Below are positions 52,730 to 62,132 of a stretch of 64,000 nucleotides of DNA, one piece after another. Origin of the DNA: Longimicrobiales bacterium (GTDB lineage Bacteria > Gemmatimonadota > Gemmatimonadetes > Longimicrobiales > Gaopeijiaceae); contig OZ242008.1 of the NCBI GenBank assembly GCA_965204735.1, positions 3,360,001 through 3,424,000 on the forward strand, in the 5' to 3' direction. The position numbers were made by a program, and so were the translations under genes. Every line of letters starts with the position of its first letter. The stretch's first letter is position 1. The notes below the pieces were generated by a model. It made no database searches, was not told the origin of the DNA, and saw nothing but the letters and a program-made list of their open reading frames with translations.

Positions 52730-55201
52730 CTAATCCCCCGGCTCCAGGATCGCGTCGATCCGCTCGATCGCGTCCAGGAAGTGCAACCGAGTGGCCCGAT
52801 GGGACGCCCCCGCCGCCGCGCTCTCCAGCTCGCCTCGCAGCGCCGCCAGCTGCCCCCGCGCGAACGGCGCCACGTCGCTCCGCATCGCGTCCTCGTCCTC
52901 CATCAACGCGCCCATCCGCTCCAGGTACGCCCGCTGAAGGTTGCGCCGGTAGGCGTCGGTCTCCCTGCCGGACGACACCTCCGACCACACGCCGGCCCGC
53001 AGGTCGTCCAGCATCTCGCCCAGCGCGTAGGCGTCGTCGCCGTGGAAGGCCTCCTGCTCCACCAGGCGCTTCATCCGCGCCACGTTCAGCGCCTGGCCCA
53101 GCGCCGCCGCCTGCCGCCCCCGCACCAAGTCCAGCGCGCCGCTGCCTTGGAAGCGGTCCAGCACGTCGGCGTCCACCAGCCACTCGGGCGTGGCGAAGAC
53201 CTGCCGGTTCAAGTACTCCATCGCGCGCCGCTGGCGGTCCTCCGAGACCCGCTCGTAGGGCACGCCGTCCTGTCCCTGCCGCTTCCGGGTGCGCACCACG
53301 CCGCCCACGTTCGCCACCACGTGCCCCGTGTACCGGCTCCACTGCGACACCACGTTGCCGTAGATCTCCTCCAGCTGGGAGTAGTCCTCGCCCTCTTCGA
53401 AGGTCCACTCCGTCAGGTTGTCCACGATCCGCTTCAGGTTCTCGACGCCGTAGTCCGAGGCGCGCATGGCGTCGTCGCCGATCGCCTCGGTCAGCGCCGA
53501 CGGGTCGGCGCCGTTGGGGCTGGAGAACCTGTACACCGGGTCCTCCTGCATCTCGACCACCATCGCCCGCAAGTCCTCGCGCTCCTCGTAGCGGTCCTTG
53601 CCCAGGAACGGCCGGTAGCCCCACTCGACCGCAAACTTGTCGTACGGCCCCACCAGCGGCATGAGGCAGGCGTCGTCGCCGGGCTGGGCGACGTAGTTGA
53701 AGCGCGCGTAGTCCATGATCGAAGGCGCCACGCCCATCTCGCAGGTGAAGCGCGTCCGCAGCTGCTCCACCGAGTACGCCGACGACGACTGCATGTTGTG
53801 CTGCAGCCCGATCGTGTGCCCCACCTCGTGGGCCGACACGAAGCGCACCAGCTCGCCCATCAGCGCATCGTCGAACTTCACGCCGCGGGCGTCTTCGTTG
53901 ACCGCCGCCGTCTGCACGAAGAACCAGTTGCGCAGCAGGTTCATGACGTTGTGGTACCACTGGATGTCGCTCTCCAGTATCTCGCCCGTGCGCGGGTCGT
54001 GCACGTGCGGGCCAGAGGCGTTCTGCACGGGCGACGCCAGGTAGCGGATCACCGACCAGCGCGCGTCCTCGGGGCTCCAGTCGGGATCGTCGGGGGCGTC
54101 TCGGGCCACGATGGCGTTGCGGAAGCCGGCGCGCTCGAAGGCGGGCTGCCAATCCACGACGCCCTGCTTCAGGTACGGAACCCACTTGGGCGGCGTCGCC
54201 GGGTCGATGTAGTAGACGATCGGCTCGACCGGGTCCACCAGCTCGCCCCGCGCGAACGCCTCGGGGTCGCTGGGCTCCAGCCGCCAGCGGGTGACGAAGC
54301 ACTGGGTGACGGCCCGCTGCTCGTCCAGTCCGTAGTCGGTCTGGCGGGTGCTGAAGAAGCCGACCCGCTCGTCGCAGAGGCGCGGTTCCATGGGGTCGTC
54401 GGGGAGCAGCAGCATGGAGTGGTGCATCTCCATGGACAGGGTGTTGCTGGCCGCGTTGGAGGGCGCCTCGGTGGCTTCGTAGGTGACCACGCGCCGCACC
54501 TCCACGTTGGTGGGGAACGCCGTTGCGCGAACGATGTACGTGCGGTCCCCGTCCAGCCGCCGCACCCCGAACTGCTCCCGGCGGAACTTGGGCAGCCCCA
54601 GCAGCGTCACGTCGCTGGTGAAGAGGTCCGTGACCTCCGCCACCACCGCCGTCGAGTCCTCCGACATGACCTCCACGTCGAACGCCCCGACGATCGGCTC
54701 GAAGTTGGAGTTGCGCACCGCCTGCGCCACCGCCGTCGAGTCGCCGGCGAAGTTCTCGTAGCCCACCAGCCGCAGGAGGACGCGGTCGCCGTTCCGCTCC
54801 CAGCGGACGGTGGAGGTGTTGGCCTTGGAGCCGCCGTAGCCCGCGCCGGCGGGCGTGCGCGCCACGCGGGTGAGCAGGAGCATTTCGCGGTCCAGCGTCT
54901 CCAGCGGGATCTCGTAGTAGAGCTTGTCGTCGATCATGTGGGCGTCGAAGAGGCCCTCGCTGGTGACGGCGTCCTCGGTGATCACGTCGCCGTACGACTT
55001 GGTCTTCTCCTGGTCTTCGTCCTGTTCCTGGTCTTCGTCCGCCCCCTCCTCTTCTTCTTCTTGGGGGACCGGAGGCGCGGCGAACGCGGGCGTGGGGGGA
55101 ACGGCGACCGTCGCGGCGAACGCGGACGCCGGAGGAACGGCGACCGTCGCGGTCAGCGCGGCGACGAGGAGGAGCGGGAAGAGCGGGGCGAAGCGCTTCA
55201 T
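52730..55201 (-). CDS. Secreted zinc-dependent metalloprotease (DUF5118/DUF5117/DUF4953 type)
   Basis: Signal peptide MKRFAPLF...; 'DERVGFF', 'PIVYYIDP', 'DPRTGEIL', HEVGHTIGLQHN, 'SIMDY'. Confidence 0.9.
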   Translation of the reverse strand: MKRFAPLFPLLLVAALTATVAVPPASAFAATVAVPPTPAFAAPPVPQEEEEEGADEDQEQDEDQEKTKSYGDVITEDAVTSEGLFDAHMIDDKLYYEIPLETLDREMLLLTRVARTPAGAGYGGSKANTSTVRWERNGDRVLLRLVGYENFAGDSTAVAQAVRNSNFEPIVGAFDVEVMSEDSTAVVAEVTDLFTSDVTLLGLPKFRREQFGVRRLDGDRTYIVRATAFPTNVEVRRVVTYEATEAPSNAASNTLSMEMHHSMLLLPDDPMEPRLCDERVGFFSTRQTDYGLDEQRAVTQCFVTRWRLEPSDPEAFARGELVDPVEPIVYYIDPATPPKWVPYLKQGVVDWQPAFERAGFRNAIVARDAPDDPDWSPEDARWSVIRYLASPVQNASGPHVHDPRTGEILESDIQWYHNVMNLLRNWFFVQTAAVNEDARGVKFDDALMGELVRFVSAHEVGHTIGLQHNMQSSSAYSVEQLRTRFTCEMGVAPSIMDYARFNYVAQPGDDACLMPLVGPYDKFAVEWGYRPFLGKDRYEEREDLRAMVVEMQEDPVYRFSSPNGADPSALTEAIGDDAMRASDYGVENLKRIVDNLTEWTFEEGEDYSQLEEIYGNVVSQWSRYTGHVVANVGGVVRTRKRQGQDGVPYERVSEDRQRRAMEYLNRQVFATPEWLVDADVLDRFQGSGALDLVRGRQAAALGQALNVARMKRLVEQEAFHGDDAYALGEMLDDLRAGVWSEVSSGRETDAYRRNLQRAYLERMGALMEDEDAMRSDVAPFARGQLAALRGELESAAAGASHRATRLHFLDAIERIDAILEPGD
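55076..55152. repeat. 36-bp tandem duplication at the signal-peptide end
   Basis: ATVAVPPASAFA / ATVAVPPTPAFA. Confidence 0.75.
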
Positions 55202-57084
55202 GGAAGGCGTCCTGAGTGTGCGGGTCGGCTGGGTCGAAAGTCGGCTTGGAAGAGGGCCCGGACGTTCGGGTCCAGGCGGGCGGCGGCGGGTCGGGCGCTC
55301 ACGGGAACGACGAAGCTCTGGCTTCCTCCCGCGCCGGCGCCTCCACCCGCAATCTCCAGGGTGGCGACATGATAAGGCAACGGCTCGCCCTCGGCGTAGA
55401 ATCCGATCTCCAGAGGCATGGCGAAGTCGCCGGTCGTCTGCACCTGCGCGAGCTCCACGCGGACGGCGGCGGCGGACTCGTCGTACTCCCACGAGCCCTC
55501 GAAGCGGGGGTTGCCTCCTTGGCGGAGCCACTGGTCGAAGAACGCCCCGTGGTCGGTCCCCGACGCCTCCTCCATCGCCCGCATGAAGTCGTCGGTGGAC
55601 GCGGTGCCGTTCATGTGGCGGGCGTAGTAGAGCCGGACGCCTCGCCAGAATGCTTCGTCGCCCATGCGCTCGCGGAGCATGTGGAGGACCCACGCCCCCT
55701 TCTGGTACGTCGCCACGCTGGTGACTCGGGCCATGTCGTCCAGGTCGTCGTGGACGATCCGGTAGTCAGGGTTCCGGTCGTACCATGCCCACACGCGCTC
55801 GGCGGCCTGTCGCAGCCCGTCGGTGAAGTCGTCGCGGCCGTAGGCGTGTTCGCGGAAGAGGAGGGTGAAGTAGGTGGCGAAGCCCTCGCTGAGCCAGACG
55901 TCGTCCCAATCCGACTCGGTGACGGCGTTGCCGAACCACTGGTGGGCGATCTCGTGGATCACGACGTTGCGCCAGCGGACGCTCCGCTCGCCGGTGACCG
56001 AGTTCTCGCCGTACATGAGCGCCGTGGCCGCCTCCATGCCCCCGCCGGTGGCCGGGGAGACCACGTTGGCCAGCTTCTCGTAGGCGAAGGGGCCGACGTT
56101 GTCTTCGTAGAAGGCCAGCGCCCGCTTGGTGGGGACGGCGAAGTCGTGGAAGCCTGGGTCCCGGTCCTGGGCGTAGACCCACGTCTGGACCGGCTTGCCT
56201 CGGAAATCGCCGTTGTGATGCACCGCGAAGCGGGCCACGCCGACCACGAAGAGCCACGGCGAGATCGGCGCCGAGTGCTTCCAGTGGGTGCGGCGCATTG
56301 GGCCGATCGGGGCGCCGGGCGGGGGCGTCGGGCCCGTCTCCGTCGCCGGGTCCGTCCCGGCCGCCAGGTCCGTCTCCTCCACCAGCAAGCCGTTGGACAC
56401 GACTTGGTAGTGGGCGGGCGCCGTCACCACGAACTCGCAGGTCGCCTTCTCGGCGATGTGGTCGATCGTGGGGAGCCAGTTCCGGGCCTTGTTGGGCCAG
56501 TTGTCGCTGAAGAACGTCCGCTCGCCGTACTTGTTCGGGCCGATCTGGAGGCCGTCGGCGGGGACGCCCCGGTATGCGACGGCGAAGGCGGCGCGCTCCC
56601 CGGCGGCGCTGGGCCGAGGCAGGCGGATCGCCAGCACGTCGTTCTCGTGGACGTAGGCGGCGGGCGATCCGTCGGCGGCGACGTCGACGACCACCATGCC
56701 GCGCCCGGTGGTGTCGTCCATGCTGGTCAGGTCCAGCGGGAGCTCGGTCACGCCGTCGGCGGTGAAGCGCGCGACGACGGTGGCCAGCCCGGCGATCTCG
56801 TCGGTGTCGTCCCGCAGGGTCAGCTCGAAGCGGTACGACTCCACGTCGATGCCGACGCGGCGGGGGTAGGGATCGGGAAGCAGGCCACGGCGGTCGGGGC
56901 TGGAGAGTCCCCGGCGAAGGTCGGAGCGCGCGTGGACTCCGTCGGCCGGGGCTGCATTCGGCAGCGGCCCGAAGGCGGCGAGTCCGAGGACGGCGACCAA
57001 GCCGGCAACGCCGACTCCGAGCCCGGAGATCGTTGGACGGGCCGGACGGGGACCGCGGGCGGGACGGGAGAGTTCCCCGGGCAT
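55198..57084 (-). CDS. M1 family aminopeptidase
   Basis: AAGGAG + ATG; GGMEA; HEIAHQWFGN...WLSEGFATY; 'YQKGAWVLHMLR'. Confidence 0.92.
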   Translation of the reverse strand: MPGELSRPARGPRPARPTISGLGVGVAGLVAVLGLAAFGPLPNAAPADGVHARSDLRRGLSSPDRRGLLPDPYPRRVGIDVESYRFELTLRDDTDEIAGLATVVARFTADGVTELPLDLTSMDDTTGRGMVVVDVAADGSPAAYVHENDVLAIRLPRPSAAGERAAFAVAYRGVPADGLQIGPNKYGERTFFSDNWPNKARNWLPTIDHIAEKATCEFVVTAPAHYQVVSNGLLVEETDLAAGTDPATETGPTPPPGAPIGPMRRTHWKHSAPISPWLFVVGVARFAVHHNGDFRGKPVQTWVYAQDRDPGFHDFAVPTKRALAFYEDNVGPFAYEKLANVVSPATGGGMEAATALMYGENSVTGERSVRWRNVVIHEIAHQWFGNAVTESDWDDVWLSEGFATYFTLLFREHAYGRDDFTDGLRQAAERVWAWYDRNPDYRIVHDDLDDMARVTSVATYQKGAWVLHMLRERMGDEAFWRGVRLYYARHMNGTASTDDFMRAMEEASGTDHGAFFDQWLRQGGNPRFEGSWEYDESAAAVRVELAQVQTTGDFAMPLEIGFYAEGEPLPYHVATLEIAGGGAGAGGSQSFVVPVSARPAAARLDPNVRALFQADFRPSRPAHSGRLP

Positions 57085-57207
57085 CGGTTCTCCTTGGCAG
57101 CGAGACGCAGGCCGACAAGATGGCCGCACGAGGAGCACCGGGGCAATCCACTTGACCGAAGTCGCGTGTTGCTACGACTGTATCCGCGCAAGGCGTCCCT
57201 CATCGAC

Positions 57208-57331
57208 GATTCCCTGGGTCCCGCGTCAAGCCTGCTGACCCCTCGGGGGTCGGATCGCGTCTTCCTGTGGAGGAACACATGCCGTCACTGCTATCGGTCG
57301 CAACCGACCGCGGGGCCGCGATTGGCCGCCC
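57208..57331 (+). repeat. Dispersed ~120-bp non-coding repeat, copy A (copy B at 61332-61456)
   Basis: Core 57247-57300 versus 61371-61424 has 44/54 ungapped identity. Confidence 0.75.
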
Positions 57332-57352
57332 CGGCTCGGCACCGAGCCGGAC

Positions 57353-58690
57353 ATGAACAGGATCACGCTGGAGAACTACCGCTGCTTCCGCGAGGAGCAG
57401 GATGTCGTGTTGGCTCCCCTGACGCTTCTCGTCGGCGACAACAGCACAGGCAAGACATCGTTCTTGGCCATGATCCGCGCGCTTTGGAATCACCCTGTCG
57501 TCGTCGGCGATACGTCGTTCAAGGGTCCCATCAACGATCTTGGCAGCTTCGACGACATTGCCCATTACCGCAGGGGACACGGCGGTCGGACTGATTGCTT
57601 TAGGGCGGGCTTCGAATTCGAAGCGGCTACGGAGCCGCCCAAGAAGCGTAGTGTTTCGGTGGTTTTTAGAGATGTGGGCACTGTGGCCTTTCCCGTCGAG
57701 ACACGATTGTCCAGTGATGAAGGTCGCGTCTGGATAGAAGTTGCCCGGCAGCTCCCTGGTCGATCTTGGCAGCTCTCGGTTGGAACAGAACAAGGTGAAC
57801 AGTCCTTTGACATTGGTCCAATGAACCCCAGCGAGTCCCCTATGCCTCTGGTTTCCTTGTCTTCTCTTCTGACACACGGCCCCCTTGCCGGCAACGGCAA
57901 CGACCAGTTGGAATCTGGCGTTGCGAAAATGAGCGACAACGACTGGCGTTCCCTCCAAGAATTGGCCTACGCCGACTGTTTTCACGACTACCGGCCGGGG
58001 TCGCTTTATGCCAGTGCGCCAGTGCGTTCGCGACCATACCGCACCTACGACCCCTCCAACCTCGCTAGGGATCCTGAAGGTGATCACGTGCCCCACTTGC
58101 TGGCCAACATTTCTTTGCAGGCGAACAGTCGACAGTGGCAGGAGACAAGAAAGCAGCTGGAGACTTTCGGGAAGGACTCCGGCCTTTTTGACGAAATCAA
58201 AATCCGAAGGCTCGGCGCAAGGAGCAGCGACCCCTTTCAACTGCAAGTCAGGAAGTTCGGCACTTCTGCCAAAGGGCCGATGCGGAACATGATCGACGTC
58301 GGGTACGGCGTAAGCCAAGTCCTTCCCGTCCTCGTCGAGTTGTTTCGCGAAGACGGTGCAACCGCGTTCTTGCTTCAGCAACCCGAAGTTCATCTACATC
58401 CTAGTGCCCAGGCTGCCCTGGGAACGCTTTTTTGCAGAGCCGCGGCGGCCGGTCGCCAGCTCATTGTCGAGACGCACAGCGACCACTTGATGGATCGCGT
58501 CCGCATGGACGTTCGGGATGGCAAGACGGACCTGCGGCCTGAAGACGTGTCGCTCCTGTTCTTCGAGAGACGCAACTTGGGGGTGCGAATCCATTCGCTT
58601 CGAATCGACAGCGAGGGCAACATCCTCGACGCGCCGTCCAGCTATCGGCGGTTCTTCATGACCGAGATGTATAGGTCGGTGGGGTGGTAG
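57353..58690 (+). CDS. ABC-type AAA ATPase (AAA_15/AAA_21, DUF3696-like C-terminus)
   Basis: 'LENYRCF', Walker A GDNSTGKTS, 'DVGYGVSQVLP', 'LQQPEVHLHP', 'VETHSDH'. Confidence 0.88.
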   Translation: MNRITLENYRCFREEQDVVLAPLTLLVGDNSTGKTSFLAMIRALWNHPVVVGDTSFKGPINDLGSFDDIAHYRRGHGGRTDCFRAGFEFEAATEPPKKRSVSVVFRDVGTVAFPVETRLSSDEGRVWIEVARQLPGRSWQLSVGTEQGEQSFDIGPMNPSESPMPLVSLSSLLTHGPLAGNGNDQLESGVAKMSDNDWRSLQELAYADCFHDYRPGSLYASAPVRSRPYRTYDPSNLARDPEGDHVPHLLANISLQANSRQWQETRKQLETFGKDSGLFDEIKIRRLGARSSDPFQLQVRKFGTSAKGPMRNMIDVGYGVSQVLPVLVELFREDGATAFLLQQPEVHLHPSAQAALGTLFCRAAAAGRQLIVETHSDHLMDRVRMDVRDGKTDLRPEDVSLLFFERRNLGVRIHSLRIDSEGNILDAPSSYRRFFMTEMYRSVGW

Positions 58691-59160
58691 CCGTGTGCGC
58701 TATCTTGGATGCCAATGCGGCATCTGCGGTGTTCGGTCGCGACAAGGGTGGCGCAGCCAAGAAGTTCTTGGAATGGATCAGCTTCGGACCCGGAAGCCTC
58801 GTTGTCGGCGGCGAGCTCCGTCAGGAGCTTGAGAAGATTGCCGCGTGTGGCGAATGGTTGCAGCAGAACCACAACGCCGGGCGGGCAAGGTTCGAGAACG
58901 ACACTCTGGTTGACGAACGGGCCAGCGAACTCGAGCAGCACGAGGTCTGCCTGTCGGACGACCCGCATGTGATCGCGTTGGCGCAGATCAGTGGCGCCCG
59001 CTTGCTGTACACGAACGACTCGAACCTCCAGAAGGACTTTACGAATCGTCTGCTGATCAAGAACCCCCGTGGCAAGGTCTACACGACCAAGCGCAGTCAG
59101 GATTACAATTCGACTCACCGTCGGCTGTTGACCAGAAACGTGTGCCGAGGGCCGGCGTAA
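58684..59160 (+). CDS. PIN-like domain protein
   Basis: 'AILDAN', 'SDDPHVIALA', 'LLYTND'; overlaps the ATPase stop. Confidence 0.7.
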   Translation: MVAVCAILDANAASAVFGRDKGGAAKKFLEWISFGPGSLVVGGELRQELEKIAACGEWLQQNHNAGRARFENDTLVDERASELEQHEVCLSDDPHVIALAQISGARLLYTNDSNLQKDFTNRLLIKNPRGKVYTTKRSQDYNSTHRRLLTRNVCRGPA

Positions 59161-59223
59161 ATGTTCCGGTCCAGACGAGCGTGTCGATCGACGGCCGTCC
59201 GATCTGCGCCCCGAAGCTGGCGT

Positions 59224-61122
59224 ATGCGTTCCCACCGTAGTAGGAAGCCTCTGGCGGGCGTCTTCTGCCTGTTGGCGGCGGCGTGCTCCGGCGACGAGGC
59301 GGGGCCCGCGCTCCGCGTACCGGCGGGCGTGACCGTGCACGGCGGCGACGGGCAGACGGGCATGTCCGGAAGGGCGGTGAGCGAACCGGTGCTCGTGCGG
59401 GTGACCAGCGCGGACGGAGCCGGAGTGGCCGGCGTCTCCGTGGCGTTCCAGGTGACGGGGGGCGGCGGCTCGGTGGAGTTCTCCCGGGCCGCCACGACAC
59501 CGGCCGGAGTGGCTTCGCCGGGGGAGTGGACGCTGGGCGAGCCGGGACCCCAGCAGCTGACGGCCTCTGTGGAAGCGGCGGGCTCCGTCGTACTGACGGC
59601 GGAAGCGACCGGGAGGCCGGCAGCCGTCGTCTTCGTCACGGGCAGCGGACAGACCGCTCAGGTGGGCACGGCGGTGGCCACGACCCCGGTGGCGCTGGTC
59701 ACCGACGACGCGGACACGCCGATCGCGAGCGTACAGGTCGAGTTCAGGGCAGAGGACGGGGGACAGGTGGCAGGCGCGTCCCGCCTCACCGACGCCCAGG
59801 GCCGGGCGATGCCCGACAGCTGGACGATGGGCACGGCGACGGGAACCTACCGTTTGCTGGCGGTCGTGCCGAACAGCGACATCGAGAACGCGCCGGCTGT
59901 GGTGGACGCCCATGCGACGCCGGGACCGCCTTCGCGCTTTGCGGCTCTGGAGGGCGACGGTCAGGAAGCGGAAGCGGGCGCCCCGGCTCTGATCGCTCCC
60001 CGCGCCCAAGTCGCCGACCAGTACGGAAACGGCCTGGCCGGCATCGGCGTGCTCTTCGAAGTCGTTGCCGGCGACGGCGAAGTGACGGGCGGCGAGACGG
60101 TCACGGATTCGGCCGGTTCGGCGGCCCCGGAAGAGTGGATCATGGGACCCGTCGCCGGCGACAACTCCCTGTCCGCCACGGTTCGCGACGGCGCCCTGGC
60201 CGGCGCCTCGGTAACGTTCGCCGCAGCCGCCGCGCCCGCCGACTTCGACATCGTGGTGCACCATGTGGACGGGTCCCTCGTGTCGGACGCTCACAGGAGA
60301 GCCTTCGACAGGGCCGTGTCGATATGGGAATCGGCAATCGGAGGCGACCTCAGCCCGACCCGCTTGTCCCAGGAGGAGCTGAACAAGTGCGGCGGGAAGC
60401 ACTTCGAGATCGGCGCCGAGGGCAGTCGCGCGGTGGACGACCTGCTGATCTACGCGAAGGTCTACGAGATCGACGGACCCGGAGGCATCCTCGGACTCGC
60501 AGGCCCGTGCTTCATCCGGGGCGAGACGGGTCTGCCCATCGCCGGCGTCATGGGCTTCGACTTGGCGGACGCCGACGCCCAGGGCGAGGCTGGAACGTTT
60601 CAGGGCACCGTCCTCCACGAGATGGCCCATGTCCTGGGCTTCGGCACCCTCTGGGAGTACCTGGACCTGCTGGCCAACCCGGCGTCCAGCAACAACGACG
60701 ACCCCCACTTCGAGGGGGAAGCGGCGACGGCCGCCTTCGACTCGCTGGGCGGCGCGAGCTACGACCTGGGCGGCAAGGTTCCCGTGGAGAACCTGGGCGG
60801 CGAAGGCACGCGGAACGGCCACTGGCGCGAGTCCGTCTTCCGGGCCGAACTCATGACCGGCTGGGTCAACGGCCCGACCGACGCCTTGAGCGCGGTCACC
60901 GTGGCGTCGCTGGCGGACCTGGGGTTCGAGGAAGTCGACTACGCCGTCGCCGACAGCTACTCGCTGCCCGCGGCCGCGCCGCTGGGTCGCCGATCCCCTC
61001 TCGCCGTCCACCTGGGCGACGACATTCTGCGCCTCCCGATCGGCGTAGTGGACCAGGAAGGCCGCGTCGTGCGCTATCTGGTTCCCCGCCCGGCGCACCG
61101 GAGCCCGGCGAGCCGCCGGTGA
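59224..61122 (+). CDS. Lipoprotein with bacterial Ig-like repeats and leishmanolysin (M8)-like zinc metallopeptidase
   Basis: Lipobox LAAAC; three 'GDGQ...V.V.F.V..G.G....T...G.A....W.LG' Ig-like repeats; 'IDGPGGILGLAGP', HEMAHVLGFG, 'HWRE...ELMTG'. Confidence 0.85.
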   Translation: MRSHRSRKPLAGVFCLLAAACSGDEAGPALRVPAGVTVHGGDGQTGMSGRAVSEPVLVRVTSADGAGVAGVSVAFQVTGGGGSVEFSRAATTPAGVASPGEWTLGEPGPQQLTASVEAAGSVVLTAEATGRPAAVVFVTGSGQTAQVGTAVATTPVALVTDDADTPIASVQVEFRAEDGGQVAGASRLTDAQGRAMPDSWTMGTATGTYRLLAVVPNSDIENAPAVVDAHATPGPPSRFAALEGDGQEAEAGAPALIAPRAQVADQYGNGLAGIGVLFEVVAGDGEVTGGETVTDSAGSAAPEEWIMGPVAGDNSLSATVRDGALAGASVTFAAAAAPADFDIVVHHVDGSLVSDAHRRAFDRAVSIWESAIGGDLSPTRLSQEELNKCGGKHFEIGAEGSRAVDDLLIYAKVYEIDGPGGILGLAGPCFIRGETGLPIAGVMGFDLADADAQGEAGTFQGTVLHEMAHVLGFGTLWEYLDLLANPASSNNDDPHFEGEAATAAFDSLGGASYDLGGKVPVENLGGEGTRNGHWRESVFRAELMTGWVNGPTDALSAVTVASLADLGFEEVDYAVADSYSLPAAAPLGRRSPLAVHLGDDILRLPIGVVDQEGRVVRYLVPRPAHRSPASRR

Positions 61123-61297
61123 CTCCGCGAGGCGGGCTGGACGAGCGCGCTGGACTTCTGGACCGTCTCCCGCGCCGACAGCCTGGGGTTCGTGGCGCCA
61201 AGCTCAGGCGGCAGCCGATCCCGAGAACGGCGACGAGACGGGCAACGGCACTCCACTTGACCGGAGCCGCATGTCGGCGCCACCGTGTCCGCACAAG

Positions 61298-61321
61298 CCC
61301 CCCCCCCCCCCCCCCCCCCCC
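61298..61321 (+). repeat. 24-nt poly-C homopolymer
   Basis: Direct count. Confidence 0.9.
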
Positions 61322-61331
61322 TCTCCGACCT

Positions 61332-61456
61332 GATCCCTTGGCCCCGCGTCGAGCCCGTGCCTGTGCCTCGGGGTCGCACCGCGTCCTCCCACGGAGGAAC
61401 ACTTGCCGTCACCGCCATCGGCCGTAGGCGACCCCGGTCTCGATCTGGACCACGCC
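61332..61456 (+). repeat. Dispersed ~120-bp non-coding repeat, copy B
   Basis: See 57208-57331. Confidence 0.75.
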
Positions 61457-61513
61457 TGCGTCGCGACGAGTCCGCCGGCGCCTGCCGCGCCCCCGGCTTC
61501 ACCGGAGATTCCG

Positions 61514-62130
61514 GTGTCGAGCATTCCAGCCGTAAACGTGGCGTCGGTGCCCCAGCGGTCGCCCCTGCGCTACCCCGGCGGCAAGACGTGGTTGATTCCA
61601 CACATACGAAGCTGGCTCCAATCTCGATCTGCCCCTCCGGTGCTGTTCGAGCCTTTCTGCGGCGGCGCCACCGTGTCGTTGACGGCCGCCGCCGAGGGGC
61701 TGGCGGATCGGTGCGTTCTGGTCGAAGTCGATCGGGACGTCTCGAATCCATGGCACTGATCGAGAATGTCGCCATGTTCGTCGATCCGCCGTACACGGCG
61801 GGAGGGAAACGCGCGGGGAAACGCCTCTACTACGCGCACCACGAGATCGACCACCAGCGGTTGTTTGCCGTGCTGGCCGACAGTGATGTCGATTTCCTGA
61901 TGACGTACGACATGGCGCCGGAGATCATCGAACTCGTGAACCGACACGGCTTCGCAGCAGTTCGTGTTGCCATGAAGAATACTCATCATGCTCGATTGAG
62001 CGAGTTGGTTGTGACTCGACGCCCGGTCTTTGGTCCAGTTCGATCGGATACGGCACTGAGGTCTTCTGAGACGTTGAGCCGAGCGGAGTTCGAGGCTTCG
62101 CTGGGCGACAAGCTGCATTCGCTGAGTTAG
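61514..62130 (+). pseudogene. D12-class (Dam-like) N6-adenine DNA methyltransferase with internal deletion and frameshift
   Basis: One frame has 'SPLRYPGGKTW' and 'EPFCGGATV'. After about 61745 another frame has 'FVDPPY' and 'FLMTYD'. The target-recognition region between them is missing. Confidence 0.8.
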
Positions 62131-62132
62131 CC

